A DNA stretch of 64,000 nucleotides, taken from assembly GCA_963710375.1 (NCBI GenBank), contig CAVPZX010000004.1:160001-224000 (forward strand), in the 5' to 3' direction. This DNA is from Nitrospirota bacterium. GTDB taxonomy: Bacteria; Nitrospirota; Thermodesulfovibrionia; Thermodesulfovibrionales; Dissulfurispiraceae. This document shows positions 10,376 through 20,643 of this stretch, piece after piece. The number at the start of each line of letters is the position of its first letter. The stretch's first letter is position 1. The translations under genes were made by a program, and so were the position numbers. The notes beneath the pieces were generated by a model. The model was not told the origin of the DNA. It ran no database searches and was given only the letters and a program-made list of their open reading frames with translations.

Positions 10376-11716
10376 ATGCAAAATCTGAATGAGCACCCGG
10401 CAGTAAAGCGTTATTATGAAAAGAAGGGGGGAAATAAAGGTGACAGTGTCGTGTCCAGGCTCGGCCATAAAGATATCCGACGGATGTGTCTCGAATTCGG
10501 CGCTGACGACGCAGGTTTTGTAGAGAGAGGCAGACCGGAGCTAGACGACCAGAGATCCGATATCATGAAGATGTTTCCGTGGACGAAAACATTGGTAAGT
10601 CTTGTCGGACGAATCAACCGAGAAAACCTGAGAAGCCCGGCCCGCTCCATCGCAAGTCTTGAACTGCACAAGGTCGGCGAAAGACTCGAAAGCGCATCTC
10701 ATAAACTGACAGCTTATCTTGAGCGGATGGGAGTTAGGGCCGTAGCCCCGGCTGCGGGGTTCCCGATGGAACTGGACCGATGGCCCGGAAAGATTTTTGT
10801 TGTTTCGCACAAGCCGGTCGCGGTGGCGGCAGGACTCGGGCAGATGGGGCTGCATCGCAACGTCATACATCCGGTCTTCGGCAGTTTTATTGTTCTAAAC
10901 ACTCTGCTGATCGAAGCAGACATGGACGAATACAACACCCCGCTGGATTATAACCCATGTCTTGGATGCAAACTCTGCTCAGCTGCGTGTCCAACCGGCG
11001 CAATCGGGCCGGACGGCTATTATAACCCCGTAAACTGCATGACACACACTTACCGCGAGATGATCGGCGGCTTTACGGACTGGGTCGAAAATATTGCAAA
11101 CAGTAAAAACTCGTTTGATTATAGAAGCAGGGTGAGCGATGCCGAGACCGTATCCATGTGGCAGAGTCTGTCGCACGGGCCGTGTTACAAATCGGTCTAT
11201 TGTATGGCGGTATGCCCTGCCGGAGAGGATGTAATGCCTGATTTCCTCACCGACAGAAAAAAATATATAGAATCCGTGGTGAGACCGTTGCAGGAAAAGG
11301 AAGAGACGGTCTATGTCCTTAAAGGCTCCGATGCCGAAAGCCACGTACTCCGAGCATTCCCCCGTAAGAAAATAAAGCGCGTCGGAAACGGCATCAGGCC
11401 GCCTTCGATCAAGGCCTTCCTACGCTCTATGCCAATAGCCTTTCAACGACATAAATCAGAAGGGATAGACGGTACATATCATTTTACTTTTACAGGCGAA
11501 GAGCATGAATCGGCAACCGTCACTATAAAGGACAAAACCCTCACAGTCAAACAAGGGCACGAAGGTGAGGCTGATATACACATACAGGCAGACAGCAGGG
11601 CCTGGTTGAGAGTGCTGCATAAAGACGGTGCGATGCTGAAAGAAATTGTTTTCAGAAACATTCGGGTCAAGGGGCCGATAAGGCTGTTAAAGGCGTTCGG
11701 AAACTGTTTCGCATAG
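10376..11716 (+). CDS. QueG/reductive-dehalogenase-like 4Fe-4S protein with C-terminal SCP2 domain
   Basis: SHKPVAVAAGLG, CLGCKLCSAACP, YCMAVCP; C-terminal YHFTFTG...IRVKGP (SCP2-like). Confidence 0.8.
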   Translation: MQNLNEHPAVKRYYEKKGGNKGDSVVSRLGHKDIRRMCLEFGADDAGFVERGRPELDDQRSDIMKMFPWTKTLVSLVGRINRENLRSPARSIASLELHKVGERLESASHKLTAYLERMGVRAVAPAAGFPMELDRWPGKIFVVSHKPVAVAAGLGQMGLHRNVIHPVFGSFIVLNTLLIEADMDEYNTPLDYNPCLGCKLCSAACPTGAIGPDGYYNPVNCMTHTYREMIGGFTDWVENIANSKNSFDYRSRVSDAETVSMWQSLSHGPCYKSVYCMAVCPAGEDVMPDFLTDRKKYIESVVRPLQEKEETVYVLKGSDAESHVLRAFPRKKIKRVGNGIRPPSIKAFLRSMPIAFQRHKSEGIDGTYHFTFTGEEHESATVTIKDKTLTVKQGHEGEADIHIQADSRAWLRVLHKDGAMLKEIVFRNIRVKGPIRLLKAFGNCFA

Positions 11717-11925
11717 AGAAATGAGGCAGGGGATGCCCAATTTCGTCATTTTCTTTCTGAGTGTGGAAGGATTGATGTGTAAAATATGGTACAGTTTAAG
11801 CAATAGTGTTTGCAAGGGAATGACACTGAAGGCAAGACTGGCTTAGTATATTGTGATATTATTTGAATAAGCCTTTCCGTAGCCGTGCTACGCGTGAGCG
11901 GATATACGATCTGTCGGAGGATATT

Positions 11926-12945
11926 ATGAAGAGAATGCGTGTCGTGCAGGTTTCTCATCCGAATGGACCACTTGAACTCGTTGAGCGTGAAATCCCGGAG
12001 ACCGGACCGGGATCGGTAAGAATCAAGGTTCAGGCATGCGGCATATGCCACAGCGACTCTTTAACAAAAGACGGGATCTTCCCCGGCATTAAGTACCCGC
12101 GAGTCCCTGGACACGAAGTCGCCGGAATCATTGATGAGGTCGGATCAGGAGTTGCCGGATGGACACCTGGACAGCGGGTCGGAGTCGGCTGGCATGGAGG
12201 ACATTGCGGCCACTGTGATTCCTGCCGTCGAGGTGATTTTGTTACCTGCCAAACCGCCCTCGAGGTGCCTGGCATCACATACGACGGTGGCTATGCCGAT
12301 TATATGATTGCTCCCGCCGAAGCTCTTGCGCTGATTCCCGAAGACATTTCGGCTGTGGAGGCGGGTCCGCTGATGTGTGCAGGGGTCACTACTTTCAACT
12401 CACTACGGAACAGCGGTGCGCAGCCCGGCGATATCGTTGCCATACTTGGCATAGGCGGGCTCGGCCATCTGGGGGTTCAGTTTGCAGCGAAGATGGGGTT
12501 CAAGACTGTTGCAATTGCAAGAGGTGCGGACAAAGGCCCGCTGGCCAGAGAGCTTGGCGCATGGCATTACATCGACAGCCAGGTAGAGGATCCTGCGGCT
12601 GAGCTGATAAAGCTGGGTGGCGCCAGAGTCATTCTTGCAACTGCGACGAGCGGCAAAGCTATGAGAGCGGTCCTCGGTGGTCTGGGAGTGAATGGGAAAA
12701 TGATCATCGTAGGCGTTGGTGAGCCTTTTGAGGTTTCTCCGCTTCTGCTCATCATAGGACGCAAGTCGATCGTAGGCTGGCCTTCCGGCAGGTCGATCGA
12801 TTCGCAGGATACACTGCGCTTCAGTGCGCTGACAGGCGTACGGTCTATGAATGAAGTATTTCCGCTGGAACGCGCCGCTGAGGCCTACGAGCGAATGATT
12901 AGCGGCAAGGCGCGGTTTCGGGTCGTTCTAACAACCGGGCAATAG
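11926..12945 (+). CDS. Zn-dependent alcohol dehydrogenase
   Basis: CGICHSD, PGHEVAG, CGHCDSCRRG..C, GIGGLGH. Confidence 0.95.
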   Translation: MKRMRVVQVSHPNGPLELVEREIPETGPGSVRIKVQACGICHSDSLTKDGIFPGIKYPRVPGHEVAGIIDEVGSGVAGWTPGQRVGVGWHGGHCGHCDSCRRGDFVTCQTALEVPGITYDGGYADYMIAPAEALALIPEDISAVEAGPLMCAGVTTFNSLRNSGAQPGDIVAILGIGGLGHLGVQFAAKMGFKTVAIARGADKGPLARELGAWHYIDSQVEDPAAELIKLGGARVILATATSGKAMRAVLGGLGVNGKMIIVGVGEPFEVSPLLLIIGRKSIVGWPSGRSIDSQDTLRFSALTGVRSMNEVFPLERAAEAYERMISGKARFRVVLTTGQ

Positions 12946-12956
12946 AGGAGAAAATT

Positions 12957-13688
12957 GTGAAGGTTTCCCTTTTTATCCCTTGCACCGTGGACATTATGTT
13001 GCCGGAGATCGGCGTAGCGACATTCAAGCTGCTTTCACGTCTGGGTGTACAGCCCATATATCATCCCGAACAAACCTGCTGCGGGCAACCCCTGTTCAAT
13101 GCCGGATATCGCGACCAGGCAAAGCGCGTAGCCAAACACTTTATAGAGGTTTTCGGCAATGACGAATGCATAGTGAGTCCTGCAGGCTCTTGTGTCTGCA
13201 CGGTTAAATATCATTATCCCGAACTCCTCGAAGACGAGCCCTCCTGGCGTGATCGTGCGTACAGCCTGGCAGGAAGGGTTTATGAGTTGAGCCAGTATAT
13301 CGTGGATAAGCTGGGTGTAACTGATGTCGGCGCTTCTTTCGAGGGCAAGGTGACCTACCACGAGTCGTGTCACATACTCAGGGGGCTGGGTGTATCCGGC
13401 CAACCACGGAAGCTCATTGCCGGCGTAAAAGGTGCTCAGTATGTAGAGTTGAACAATTCGACAACATGCTGCGGTTTTGGAGGAGAGTTCGCTTTGCGCT
13501 ACCCGGAGATATCCGGGGCGATGGTCAGGGACAAGGCCCTGAATTTCATAAACACAGGTGCCGAAATCCTTCTCCTCTGTGAGCCCGGTTGTCTGCTAAA
13601 CATCAACGGATACCTGCATCGCAATCATCCCGGCAAGCGGGCCATGCATCTCGCCACCTTCCTTGCCGGGAATGGTAAGGAGGCCTGA
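12957..13688 (+). CDS. lutA: Lactate utilization protein A (CCG-domain FeS subunit)
   Basis: QTCCGQP, SPAGSC, YHESCH, CCGFGG. Confidence 0.9.
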   Translation: MKVSLFIPCTVDIMLPEIGVATFKLLSRLGVQPIYHPEQTCCGQPLFNAGYRDQAKRVAKHFIEVFGNDECIVSPAGSCVCTVKYHYPELLEDEPSWRDRAYSLAGRVYELSQYIVDKLGVTDVGASFEGKVTYHESCHILRGLGVSGQPRKLIAGVKGAQYVELNNSTTCCGFGGEFALRYPEISGAMVRDKALNFINTGAEILLLCEPGCLLNINGYLHRNHPGKRAMHLATFLAGNGKEA

Positions 13689-13689
13689 T

Positions 13690-15162
13690 ATGCATTCTCG
13701 TGTTGATCAATTCATGGAAACGGCCCGCAAGGAGATAAAAAACGAGCGGAGTCAGCTCTTCCTCAACCTGGTCTCTTCTGGGTTTCCTATTATGCGCCGG
13801 TTCGCCTTATCCAGTTTCCCTGATCCGGCGGCTGCGGAATCATATTCGCGATCGATCCGGGCCGACGTTCTGGCACGAATGCCGGAACTGCTGGAAGAAT
13901 TCGAAAAAAAGGCGATCTCCAGAGGTGTGAAGGTCCTCTGGGCCAGAGACGCCGCAGAGGCGAATAGAATTATTCTTGACATCGCCAGGCAGAAAGGTGT
14001 CCAGTATGTCACCAAGGGAAAATCCATGATCACTGAAGAGATAGGACTTAACGAGCACCTTATTAAGAACGGGGTCAATGTTTATGAAACAGACTTGGGA
14101 GAGGTGATCACCCAGCAGCTTTCCCTGCCCCCTTTCCATCTGGTGGGGCCTGCCATAAACGTCCCGCCTGAAAAGATATCGGATATCTTTCTTAAGAACG
14201 GCATATTGAAGGAACCCTCTACTGACCCGGTAACGCTGGGCAAGGCTGCCCGGACGTTCTTGAGAGAAAAGTTCAGGACCCAAGAGATGGGCATCGTGGG
14301 AGTCAACATGGCAATAGCCGATACAGGAAGCTTCATCAATGTGGAGAACGAAGGGAATATCCGCATGAACAAGTCATCTCCAAAGACACTTGTGGCGGTA
14401 ATGAGCCTGGAGAAGGTAGTGCCCACCCTGGCTGATGCAATACACATGACAAGGATGCTGATCAGGAATTGCACCGGCCAGAAGATGACGAGCTATGTAT
14501 CTTTTGACACCGGGCCGAAGAAGGCCGATGAGCTTGACGGTCCGGAGGAGATCTACATGGTGATTGTGGACAACGGCCGCTCTGAGATATATAAGGACAA
14601 CAAGGCGAGAGATATACTCAAATGCATCCGCTGCGGAGCATGCATGAACACCTGTCCCGTATATGCCAAGATAGGGGGATATCCATATGGATTCGCGTAT
14701 ACAGGTCCTATGGGCCAGGCAATCAATCCTTTGCTTTTGGGCATAGAGAACACCACCGATCTGTACCGCGCCTGTACGCTCTGTGGTTCGTGCAGGCAGA
14801 CCTGTCCGGCAGGTGTTGACCATCCTTACCTCTTTCTCGAGTATAGATCGCGTGAGATCCGGAATAAGAATGAAAAAGGGAACAGGACGCTTGGTTCGTG
14901 GCTTGAGAAGGCTATAGCTACGGTATCGTCACTTGGTATGAGCCGGGGTTGGATGTGGAATATTGGGGTGAAATGCGTTAGACCGGCATTGAATTTTTTA
15001 TCCAGGGATGGTTATATAAGGGACGTTCCATTCGGGGTTAAGGGTTGGTTCAGTTGCCGGGATCTAAATACCTTGCCTGACAAAACCTTCCATGAAAAGA
15101 TGAAAGTTTTATTGAAGGAGTCTGTTCCTTTGGCGGATACCGTTAAGAAGGAGGTTGTATGA
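13690..15162 (+). CDS. lutB: Lactate utilization protein B (LUD + 4Fe-4S)
   Basis: KGKSMITEEI, ENEGN, CIRCGACMNTCPVY, CTLCGSCRQTCP. Confidence 0.92.
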   Translation: MHSRVDQFMETARKEIKNERSQLFLNLVSSGFPIMRRFALSSFPDPAAAESYSRSIRADVLARMPELLEEFEKKAISRGVKVLWARDAAEANRIILDIARQKGVQYVTKGKSMITEEIGLNEHLIKNGVNVYETDLGEVITQQLSLPPFHLVGPAINVPPEKISDIFLKNGILKEPSTDPVTLGKAARTFLREKFRTQEMGIVGVNMAIADTGSFINVENEGNIRMNKSSPKTLVAVMSLEKVVPTLADAIHMTRMLIRNCTGQKMTSYVSFDTGPKKADELDGPEEIYMVIVDNGRSEIYKDNKARDILKCIRCGACMNTCPVYAKIGGYPYGFAYTGPMGQAINPLLLGIENTTDLYRACTLCGSCRQTCPAGVDHPYLFLEYRSREIRNKNEKGNRTLGSWLEKAIATVSSLGMSRGWMWNIGVKCVRPALNFLSRDGYIRDVPFGVKGWFSCRDLNTLPDKTFHEKMKVLLKESVPLADTVKKEVV

Positions 15163-15836
15163 GCATGCAGGCCCGCGAAGAGATTTTAGGCCGGTTGAAA
15201 TCCGCAAAGAAGAAAGCCCCTGCAGCAAGGCCAGAAAAACCCGTCCTTGCAGAAATGAATCTTGACAAAGAGCAATTGTTGCAGCGTTTCACCTCGGAAC
15301 TGAACGCGCAGAGCGGCGCGGTATATCAGGCGAAAGATAAAGAGGACGCCGTACGCATATTGTCCGGTATCGCATCAGCGGAAGGGCTTAAGTCTGTCCT
15401 GGCGACCTCGGGAGATATTTATGGTGTAGATATTCGGGCGTTCGGCGCCCAGAACAACGTTTCGGTCGGCACTGTCCAGGATTTTTCGGACCGGAAGACT
15501 TTCCGTGAATCGGCGTTTTCCGTGGATGCAGGCATTACCTCTGCTGATTTCGCCGTGGCCGAGACAGGTACCCTCGGTGTGGTCTTTAACAAAGATCAGC
15601 CCAGGCTTGTTTCAATAGCCCCTCCTGTCCATATCGCCATTGTACCCGCCGATAAGCTCTATCCCGTCTATGAGGATGTCATCGACCAGGTATTCAAAGA
15701 CGTGGATAAAATCCCCAGTCAGTTCTGCTTTATCACAGGACCGAGTTCGACAGCCGACATTCAGGGAGTGCATTTTAAAGGTATGCACGGTCCAGTGAAG
15801 ATCTTTGTAATATTTATCATGGGGGCCATAAGATGA
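15159..15836 (+). CDS. lutC: Lactate utilization protein C (LUD domain)
   Basis: AVAETGT, PPVHIA, FITGPSSTADI, GMHGP. Confidence 0.9.
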   Translation: MSMQAREEILGRLKSAKKKAPAARPEKPVLAEMNLDKEQLLQRFTSELNAQSGAVYQAKDKEDAVRILSGIASAEGLKSVLATSGDIYGVDIRAFGAQNNVSVGTVQDFSDRKTFRESAFSVDAGITSADFAVAETGTLGVVFNKDQPRLVSIAPPVHIAIVPADKLYPVYEDVIDQVFKDVDKIPSQFCFITGPSSTADIQGVHFKGMHGPVKIFVIFIMGAIR

Positions 15837-17071
15837 AGACAATATCAGTGCCATCCAGGCTATGGTATGAGAATACCGAACGGGAGCTTAACTTTCCGGA
15901 TAGATGGGATGTGACCGACCTCTGCGCTTCAGGCCTCAGCAAACCAGGGCTTTCACCTGAGCAGATTAAGGATAAGCTGGAACATCCCATTGACGGCCCG
16001 GGACTTGAAGAGCTCGCTAAAGGGAAGGGGCAGGCTGTTATTGTTTTTGATGATATGACGAGACCCACGCCTGTCAAGGATGTGGCGCCTTTTGTTTTAG
16101 ATATCCTCCATAAGGGAGGCATGAAGCGGGACCAGATCAGGTTTCTCTGGGCGCTGGGAGCACATGGCGCTTATGACATGATAAATGCCAGGAAAAAACT
16201 GGGGGATGAAATCGTCGAAAATTATGCGGTTTACAACCATGACCCTTTTCAAAACACTGTACTGGCAGGCAGGACGCCCACCGGGGTGGAAGTCTGGTTC
16301 AACCGGGAGTTCATGGCTTGTGATCTGAAGATAGGCATCGGTTGTATTACACCACATGTCCATGTGGGGTTCGGGGGCGGGGCAAAACTCATCATGCCGG
16401 GCATTGCAGGTATTGAGACCATAAATCAATTCCACAACCAGTATTTCAGGGACCCGGTCCGGACAGGTCTCGGTAACTTTGAAAAAAATATCATGCGGGC
16501 AGAGTGTGATGCCGCCGGTGATCTGGCAGGACTAAATTTCAAAGTCAACTGCCTCATAAACCGTAAAGGACAGATAACAAACCTCTATGCCGGTACTTTC
16601 CGTGGCACCCACTCGGCCGGGGCCCGGGAGGGCAGGGAACATTATGGCATTCCCTTTTCAACCGGCTATGATATCGTTGTTTCCAATTCCTATGCAAAAG
16701 CCAACGAATCGGCCATAGCCATGCTTCTTGCGCTCCAGACTCTTAAGCCCGGCGCTCAAGGGATCGTTGTGCTCATATCGGATGCCCCTGAGGGTCAGGT
16801 TCCCCACTATGTGATGAGGACATGGGGATCAGATTACGGCGGTCGGCACTACAGCTTCCGTTCACCTGGATTTGTAAAGTTCGTCATGAAGAAGCTCATT
16901 GTGCTTAATCCGCATCCCGACAGAACAAGCCTCGACCTGATTTGCCACCCGGACGATGCGGTTACCGTCAAAACATGGGCAGAGGTGCTCGCGATGCTCG
17001 AAAATGACTATCCGGGAGATGCCAGAGTCGGTGTCATCCAGGACGGTACCATGCAGCATATATTAAAGTGA
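15833..17071 (+). CDS. larA: LarA-family (nickel-pincer) lactate racemase-like protein
   Basis: IVFDDMTRPTP, ALGAHG, PHVHVGFGGGAKLIMPG; coupled to lutABC. Confidence 0.8.
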   Translation: MKTISVPSRLWYENTERELNFPDRWDVTDLCASGLSKPGLSPEQIKDKLEHPIDGPGLEELAKGKGQAVIVFDDMTRPTPVKDVAPFVLDILHKGGMKRDQIRFLWALGAHGAYDMINARKKLGDEIVENYAVYNHDPFQNTVLAGRTPTGVEVWFNREFMACDLKIGIGCITPHVHVGFGGGAKLIMPGIAGIETINQFHNQYFRDPVRTGLGNFEKNIMRAECDAAGDLAGLNFKVNCLINRKGQITNLYAGTFRGTHSAGAREGREHYGIPFSTGYDIVVSNSYAKANESAIAMLLALQTLKPGAQGIVVLISDAPEGQVPHYVMRTWGSDYGGRHYSFRSPGFVKFVMKKLIVLNPHPDRTSLDLICHPDDAVTVKTWAEVLAMLENDYPGDARVGVIQDGTMQHILK

Positions 17072-17115
17072 TTTTCGTCTATACGAAACCTGAAAGAGAA
17101 AAAGGAGATTAGACT

Positions 17116-18720
17116 ATGAATGGTGCACAAGCCCTGTTCAAGACATTCATCGACGCAGGTTTGGAAGTCTGTTTCGCCAATCCAGGCACATCCGAGATGC
17201 AGCTTGTCTACGAAATGGGGCTAACCAAAGAGGTGCGCCCTGTTCTCTGCCTGCAGGAGAACACGGTCACCGGCGCAGCCGATGGATATGAGCGCATGGC
17301 CGGCAAACCTGCTTTCACGCTGCTGCATGTGGGCAGCGGCTTTGCCAACGGCATCGCGAATCTCCACAACGCAGGCCGGGCCAACACCATGATGGTCAAT
17401 GTCGTGGGTGCGAACGCAACTTACCATCAGCCTAATTTTCCCGAACATGAGCTCATCAACGGCAGGATCATCGACCTGGCACGCATCGTTTCTCACTGGG
17501 CACAAGAAGCCCGAACGGCCAGCGATGTGGCAGCGCTGGGCGCGCTGGCAGCGCGCTACGCCAGGATCGGCGCCGGGAAGATTTGCACGCTGGTCGTACC
17601 CACGAATTGCCACTGGGAGCCGGCCGGCGCCCTGCCTGCGTCTGCCGAACCGATTGTGACACCGAAGGTCTCGCCTCAGACCATCCGGGAAATTGCTGCG
17701 CTGCTGACTAACGGCAAGAAGATGGCAATAGTTCTGGGCAGCCATGCGCTGTATGGCGATGGACTGGAGTTGGCAGGGCAGATTGCAGCTAAAACAGGGG
17801 CAGACTTACTGGGAGAGACCTTCCCGTCCCGCCACGCCAGGGGGGAGGGCAGCGTCCCAGTTCGGAGGATTCCGTATCTCGTCGAGTTCGCTCTCAACTT
17901 CCTCGCATCGTATGAACAGCTAATCCTTGTGGGCGCATCTTTCCCGGTTGTGACTTTCGCTTATAAGGACATGCCGGTCCTAAAAGTCCAAAAAGGCTGC
18001 GAAGTGTCTACGCTGGCAACTGTTGATGTCGACATCGTGTCTGCGCTCAGTGATCTGGCGAATGAGGTCGGTGCAACGTCCAAACCGGCTGCGCGCCAGT
18101 CTCGATCTCAAAGCTCCCCGCCTGCCGGGGTTCTGACCGCTGAAGCCATTGGACAGAGCATCTGCATGTTGCTGCCGGAGAATGCGATTCTCGTGAATGA
18201 AGCTGTCACGATGGGACCGCCGATCTTTGAGCAGACACATGGCGCACGTTCACACGATTATCTGGAGGCGGTGTGTGGCGGCGCCATCGGCGGTGGACTC
18301 CCAGTGGCGTTGGGAGCTGCAATTGCATGCCCGAACCGCAAGACTGTCGTCCTAGAGGGCGACGGATGTGCGATGTATACGAACCAGGCGCTCTGGTCGA
18401 TGGCGAGGGAGCAGGCCGATGTCACCGTTGTTCTTCTCAAGAATAACGCCTACGCAATCCTGAACATAGAATTGGCACGGGTTCGTGAAGGCGACGCCAA
18501 CAAAAAAATGCTGTCGATGATGGAGCTAAACAATCCGGTGATCGACTGGGTCCGTATAGCGGAGGGACAGGGCGTTCCAGCCAGCCGCGCAACGACAGCG
18601 GAGGAGTTCCATAAGCAGTTCGAAGCGGCGCTGGGCAGCAAGGGACCCCATCTGATCGAGGCTCAGGTTGTACAAGACATTCAACCAGCCATCGATTTCC
18701 TCCGCCTGAAATCCAAGTGA
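17116..18720 (+). CDS. ThDP-dependent enzyme (acetolactate synthase large subunit-like)
   Basis: CFANPGTSEM, TGAADGYERM, EGDGCAMY...NNAY ThDP motif. Confidence 0.9.
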   Translation: MNGAQALFKTFIDAGLEVCFANPGTSEMQLVYEMGLTKEVRPVLCLQENTVTGAADGYERMAGKPAFTLLHVGSGFANGIANLHNAGRANTMMVNVVGANATYHQPNFPEHELINGRIIDLARIVSHWAQEARTASDVAALGALAARYARIGAGKICTLVVPTNCHWEPAGALPASAEPIVTPKVSPQTIREIAALLTNGKKMAIVLGSHALYGDGLELAGQIAAKTGADLLGETFPSRHARGEGSVPVRRIPYLVEFALNFLASYEQLILVGASFPVVTFAYKDMPVLKVQKGCEVSTLATVDVDIVSALSDLANEVGATSKPAARQSRSQSSPPAGVLTAEAIGQSICMLLPENAILVNEAVTMGPPIFEQTHGARSHDYLEAVCGGAIGGGLPVALGAAIACPNRKTVVLEGDGCAMYTNQALWSMAREQADVTVVLLKNNAYAILNIELARVREGDANKKMLSMMELNNPVIDWVRIAEGQGVPASRATTAEEFHKQFEAALGSKGPHLIEAQVVQDIQPAIDFLRLKSK

Positions 18721-18899
18721 CAACCGTACAAGTTTCATGCGGAAATGCGCGAAACGGAGATGATTCGAGCGGCATTTGTTGCACCGACTAACAAACGCTT
18801 TTCAAATTATTGCAAAAGTAAAGATTTTCGAGCGAAGTCAGCGGGCGACGCAGGACAGGACCCGCCAGGGCAATAACGGGCCAATCGGGACATGACAGC

Positions 18900-19586
18900 C
18901 TACCGCTTCCGGATCAGCGAGATGCTGGCCACCAAGAACCACAAAGTCGGTGGGAAATTAGCGATGATAGTGGGGCCCCATCCACCGGGATTGTAGAATC
19001 CCCTGTAGTTTACCGCGCCGGCGAACATTGCAGGAACACACGCGGCGCAGAGCGCAGCGCCAATATACGCCACCCATCCGGTCCATCTGGGCAGAACACC
19101 GGTGGCGAAGGTTGCGTAACCCGCAGCGGCGAGAAACATTCCCGTTATAACAAAGGCAGTCGAACCGTTATAAATCAGGAGCGTACCTTCGATCAGAGAT
19201 CTAACCGCGGAAGGATTAGCATTGCCGCTGAGCGCGTCGAGAACCGCACCGCCCTCAAGCCCATCGGCAACCAGGGTAACCGCAATCCAGATCAGAGCGG
19301 CCCCGAAGAGCAGCGTGCCAACCCATTCGTGGTCTGCCCGCGCTTGTCGAATCAGGTGGCGGAAGCCAGCCGCAAAGACCAACGACGTGACGTACACACC
19401 TTGGTCGAGCAGTATCCGCGTGAATGCGATGTTTTTTATCATGAATAAATGTTGCCCGAACGCAGCGCCGTCATAAGGGGATGGTGGAGAACTCCCCATC
19501 ATGTAAAGCGGGAACTGACTCAGCCACAGAACGACACATGCCAGACCAAAAGCGCCCGTGAAGTGAGACACTTTGAGATCGTTAAT
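18900..19586 (-). CDS. Integral membrane protein of unknown function; apparent ATT start
   Basis: About 6 TM segments; AAGGAGG 5 nt upstream of in-frame ATT at 19586 (GTG alternative at 19571). Confidence 0.7.
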   Translation of the reverse strand: MNDLKVSHFTGAFGLACVVLWLSQFPLYMMGSSPPSPYDGAAFGQHLFMIKNIAFTRILLDQGVYVTSLVFAAGFRHLIRQARADHEWVGTLLFGAALIWIAVTLVADGLEGGAVLDALSGNANPSAVRSLIEGTLLIYNGSTAFVITGMFLAAAGYATFATGVLPRWTGWVAYIGAALCAACVPAMFAGAVNYRGFYNPGGWGPTIIANFPPTLWFLVASISLIRKR

Positions 19587-19927
19587 GGGAACCTCCTTGC
19601 ATTGATGCTTTGATGCGCTGTGAGGGCTGAGATCCGACTAACAAGCTATTATGCGGTATCTTCATATTTTATCATTTGCGGCTTATTTTATCACAATAAC
19701 CATGGTTATCTAACTGCATAAGTACCCTGCGGGATGTTATACAGAAAACTGTCCAATTCCATTTCAACTCCACATCATTAGATGATGCCCAATGATGTTT
19801 GTTGCAGGAAGGAACAGAAAATATTTTCAGATGCATCAACGATGCGGGATACAAGCGGGAACTAACACCCGATCTAACATTGATTGATAGGCATGATTTA
19901 GAATCGTTCGCATCGACCGTAGAGATC

Positions 19928-19960
19928 TTGACTTTTATAACCATACACGTTATAGTGTTA
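19928..19960 (+). promoter_or_regulatory. higBA promoter with overlapping palindrome
   Basis: TTGACT -17 nt- TATAGT; ACAC-gttata-GTGT inverted repeat over the -10. Confidence 0.6.
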
Positions 19961-19971
19961 TATAGGAACTG

Positions 19972-20253
19972 ATGATAAAGTCCTTCAACGATAAAGATAC
20001 TGAGCAGCTTTATTTGACAGGGAAAAGCAGAAAGTTCCCTATAGCGGTTTGTAAGGCGGGTATTCACAAACTTGATTACCTAAATGCCGCAACAAAGCTA
20101 CAGGATTTGAAAGCGACGCCTGGAAACAGGCTCGAAATGTTAAGGGGCAGATATGAAGGCAAGTACAGCATCAGGGTCAACGACCAGTACAGGATTATAT
20201 TTAAATGGCATAATTCTTATGCTTACGAAGTGAGAATAACTGATTACCATTAA
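19972..20253 (+). CDS. higB: HigB/RelE-family toxin
   Basis: MIKSFNDK, DLKATPGNRLE, YSIRVNDQYRIIF, ITDYH. Confidence 0.93.
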   Translation: MIKSFNDKDTEQLYLTGKSRKFPIAVCKAGIHKLDYLNAATKLQDLKATPGNRLEMLRGRYEGKYSIRVNDQYRIIFKWHNSYAYEVRITDYH

Positions 20254-20265
20254 TGGAGGTTAGCC

Positions 20266-20581
20266 ATGTTTGATTTAAAAAGAGAGCCCACGCACCCTGG
20301 AGATGTGCTGAAATATGACTTTCTGGATGAGTCTGAATATATCGCAGACCCAGCTTGCCAATGACTTAAATACTACTTTCAGGACTATAAATGAAATCAT
20401 AAACCATAAAAGAGGTATCAGTCCTGAAATGGCCGTGCGGCTTGCCAAGTATTTCGGTACATCAGAAGAGTTGTGGCTAAATTTACAAAACCAGTACGAC
20501 TTGTATAAGGTCAAAATGAAGAAGAAAAAAACTTTAGATAGCATCAGGGCATACACAGACTTGCATACTGCGGCGGTTTAG
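20266..20581 (+). CDS. higA: HigA-family antitoxin, +1 frameshift at 20332
   Basis: SD GGAGGT; REPTHPGDVLKYDFLDE then (shifted) LNISQTQLA...RGISPEMAVRL...WLNLQ. Confidence 0.9.
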
Positions 20582-20643
20582 CTCAGCGTTACTGTAATGC
20601 TTGTTTACTACTTTGAGGAATAAACAGCCGACTGCCGGGGGGT

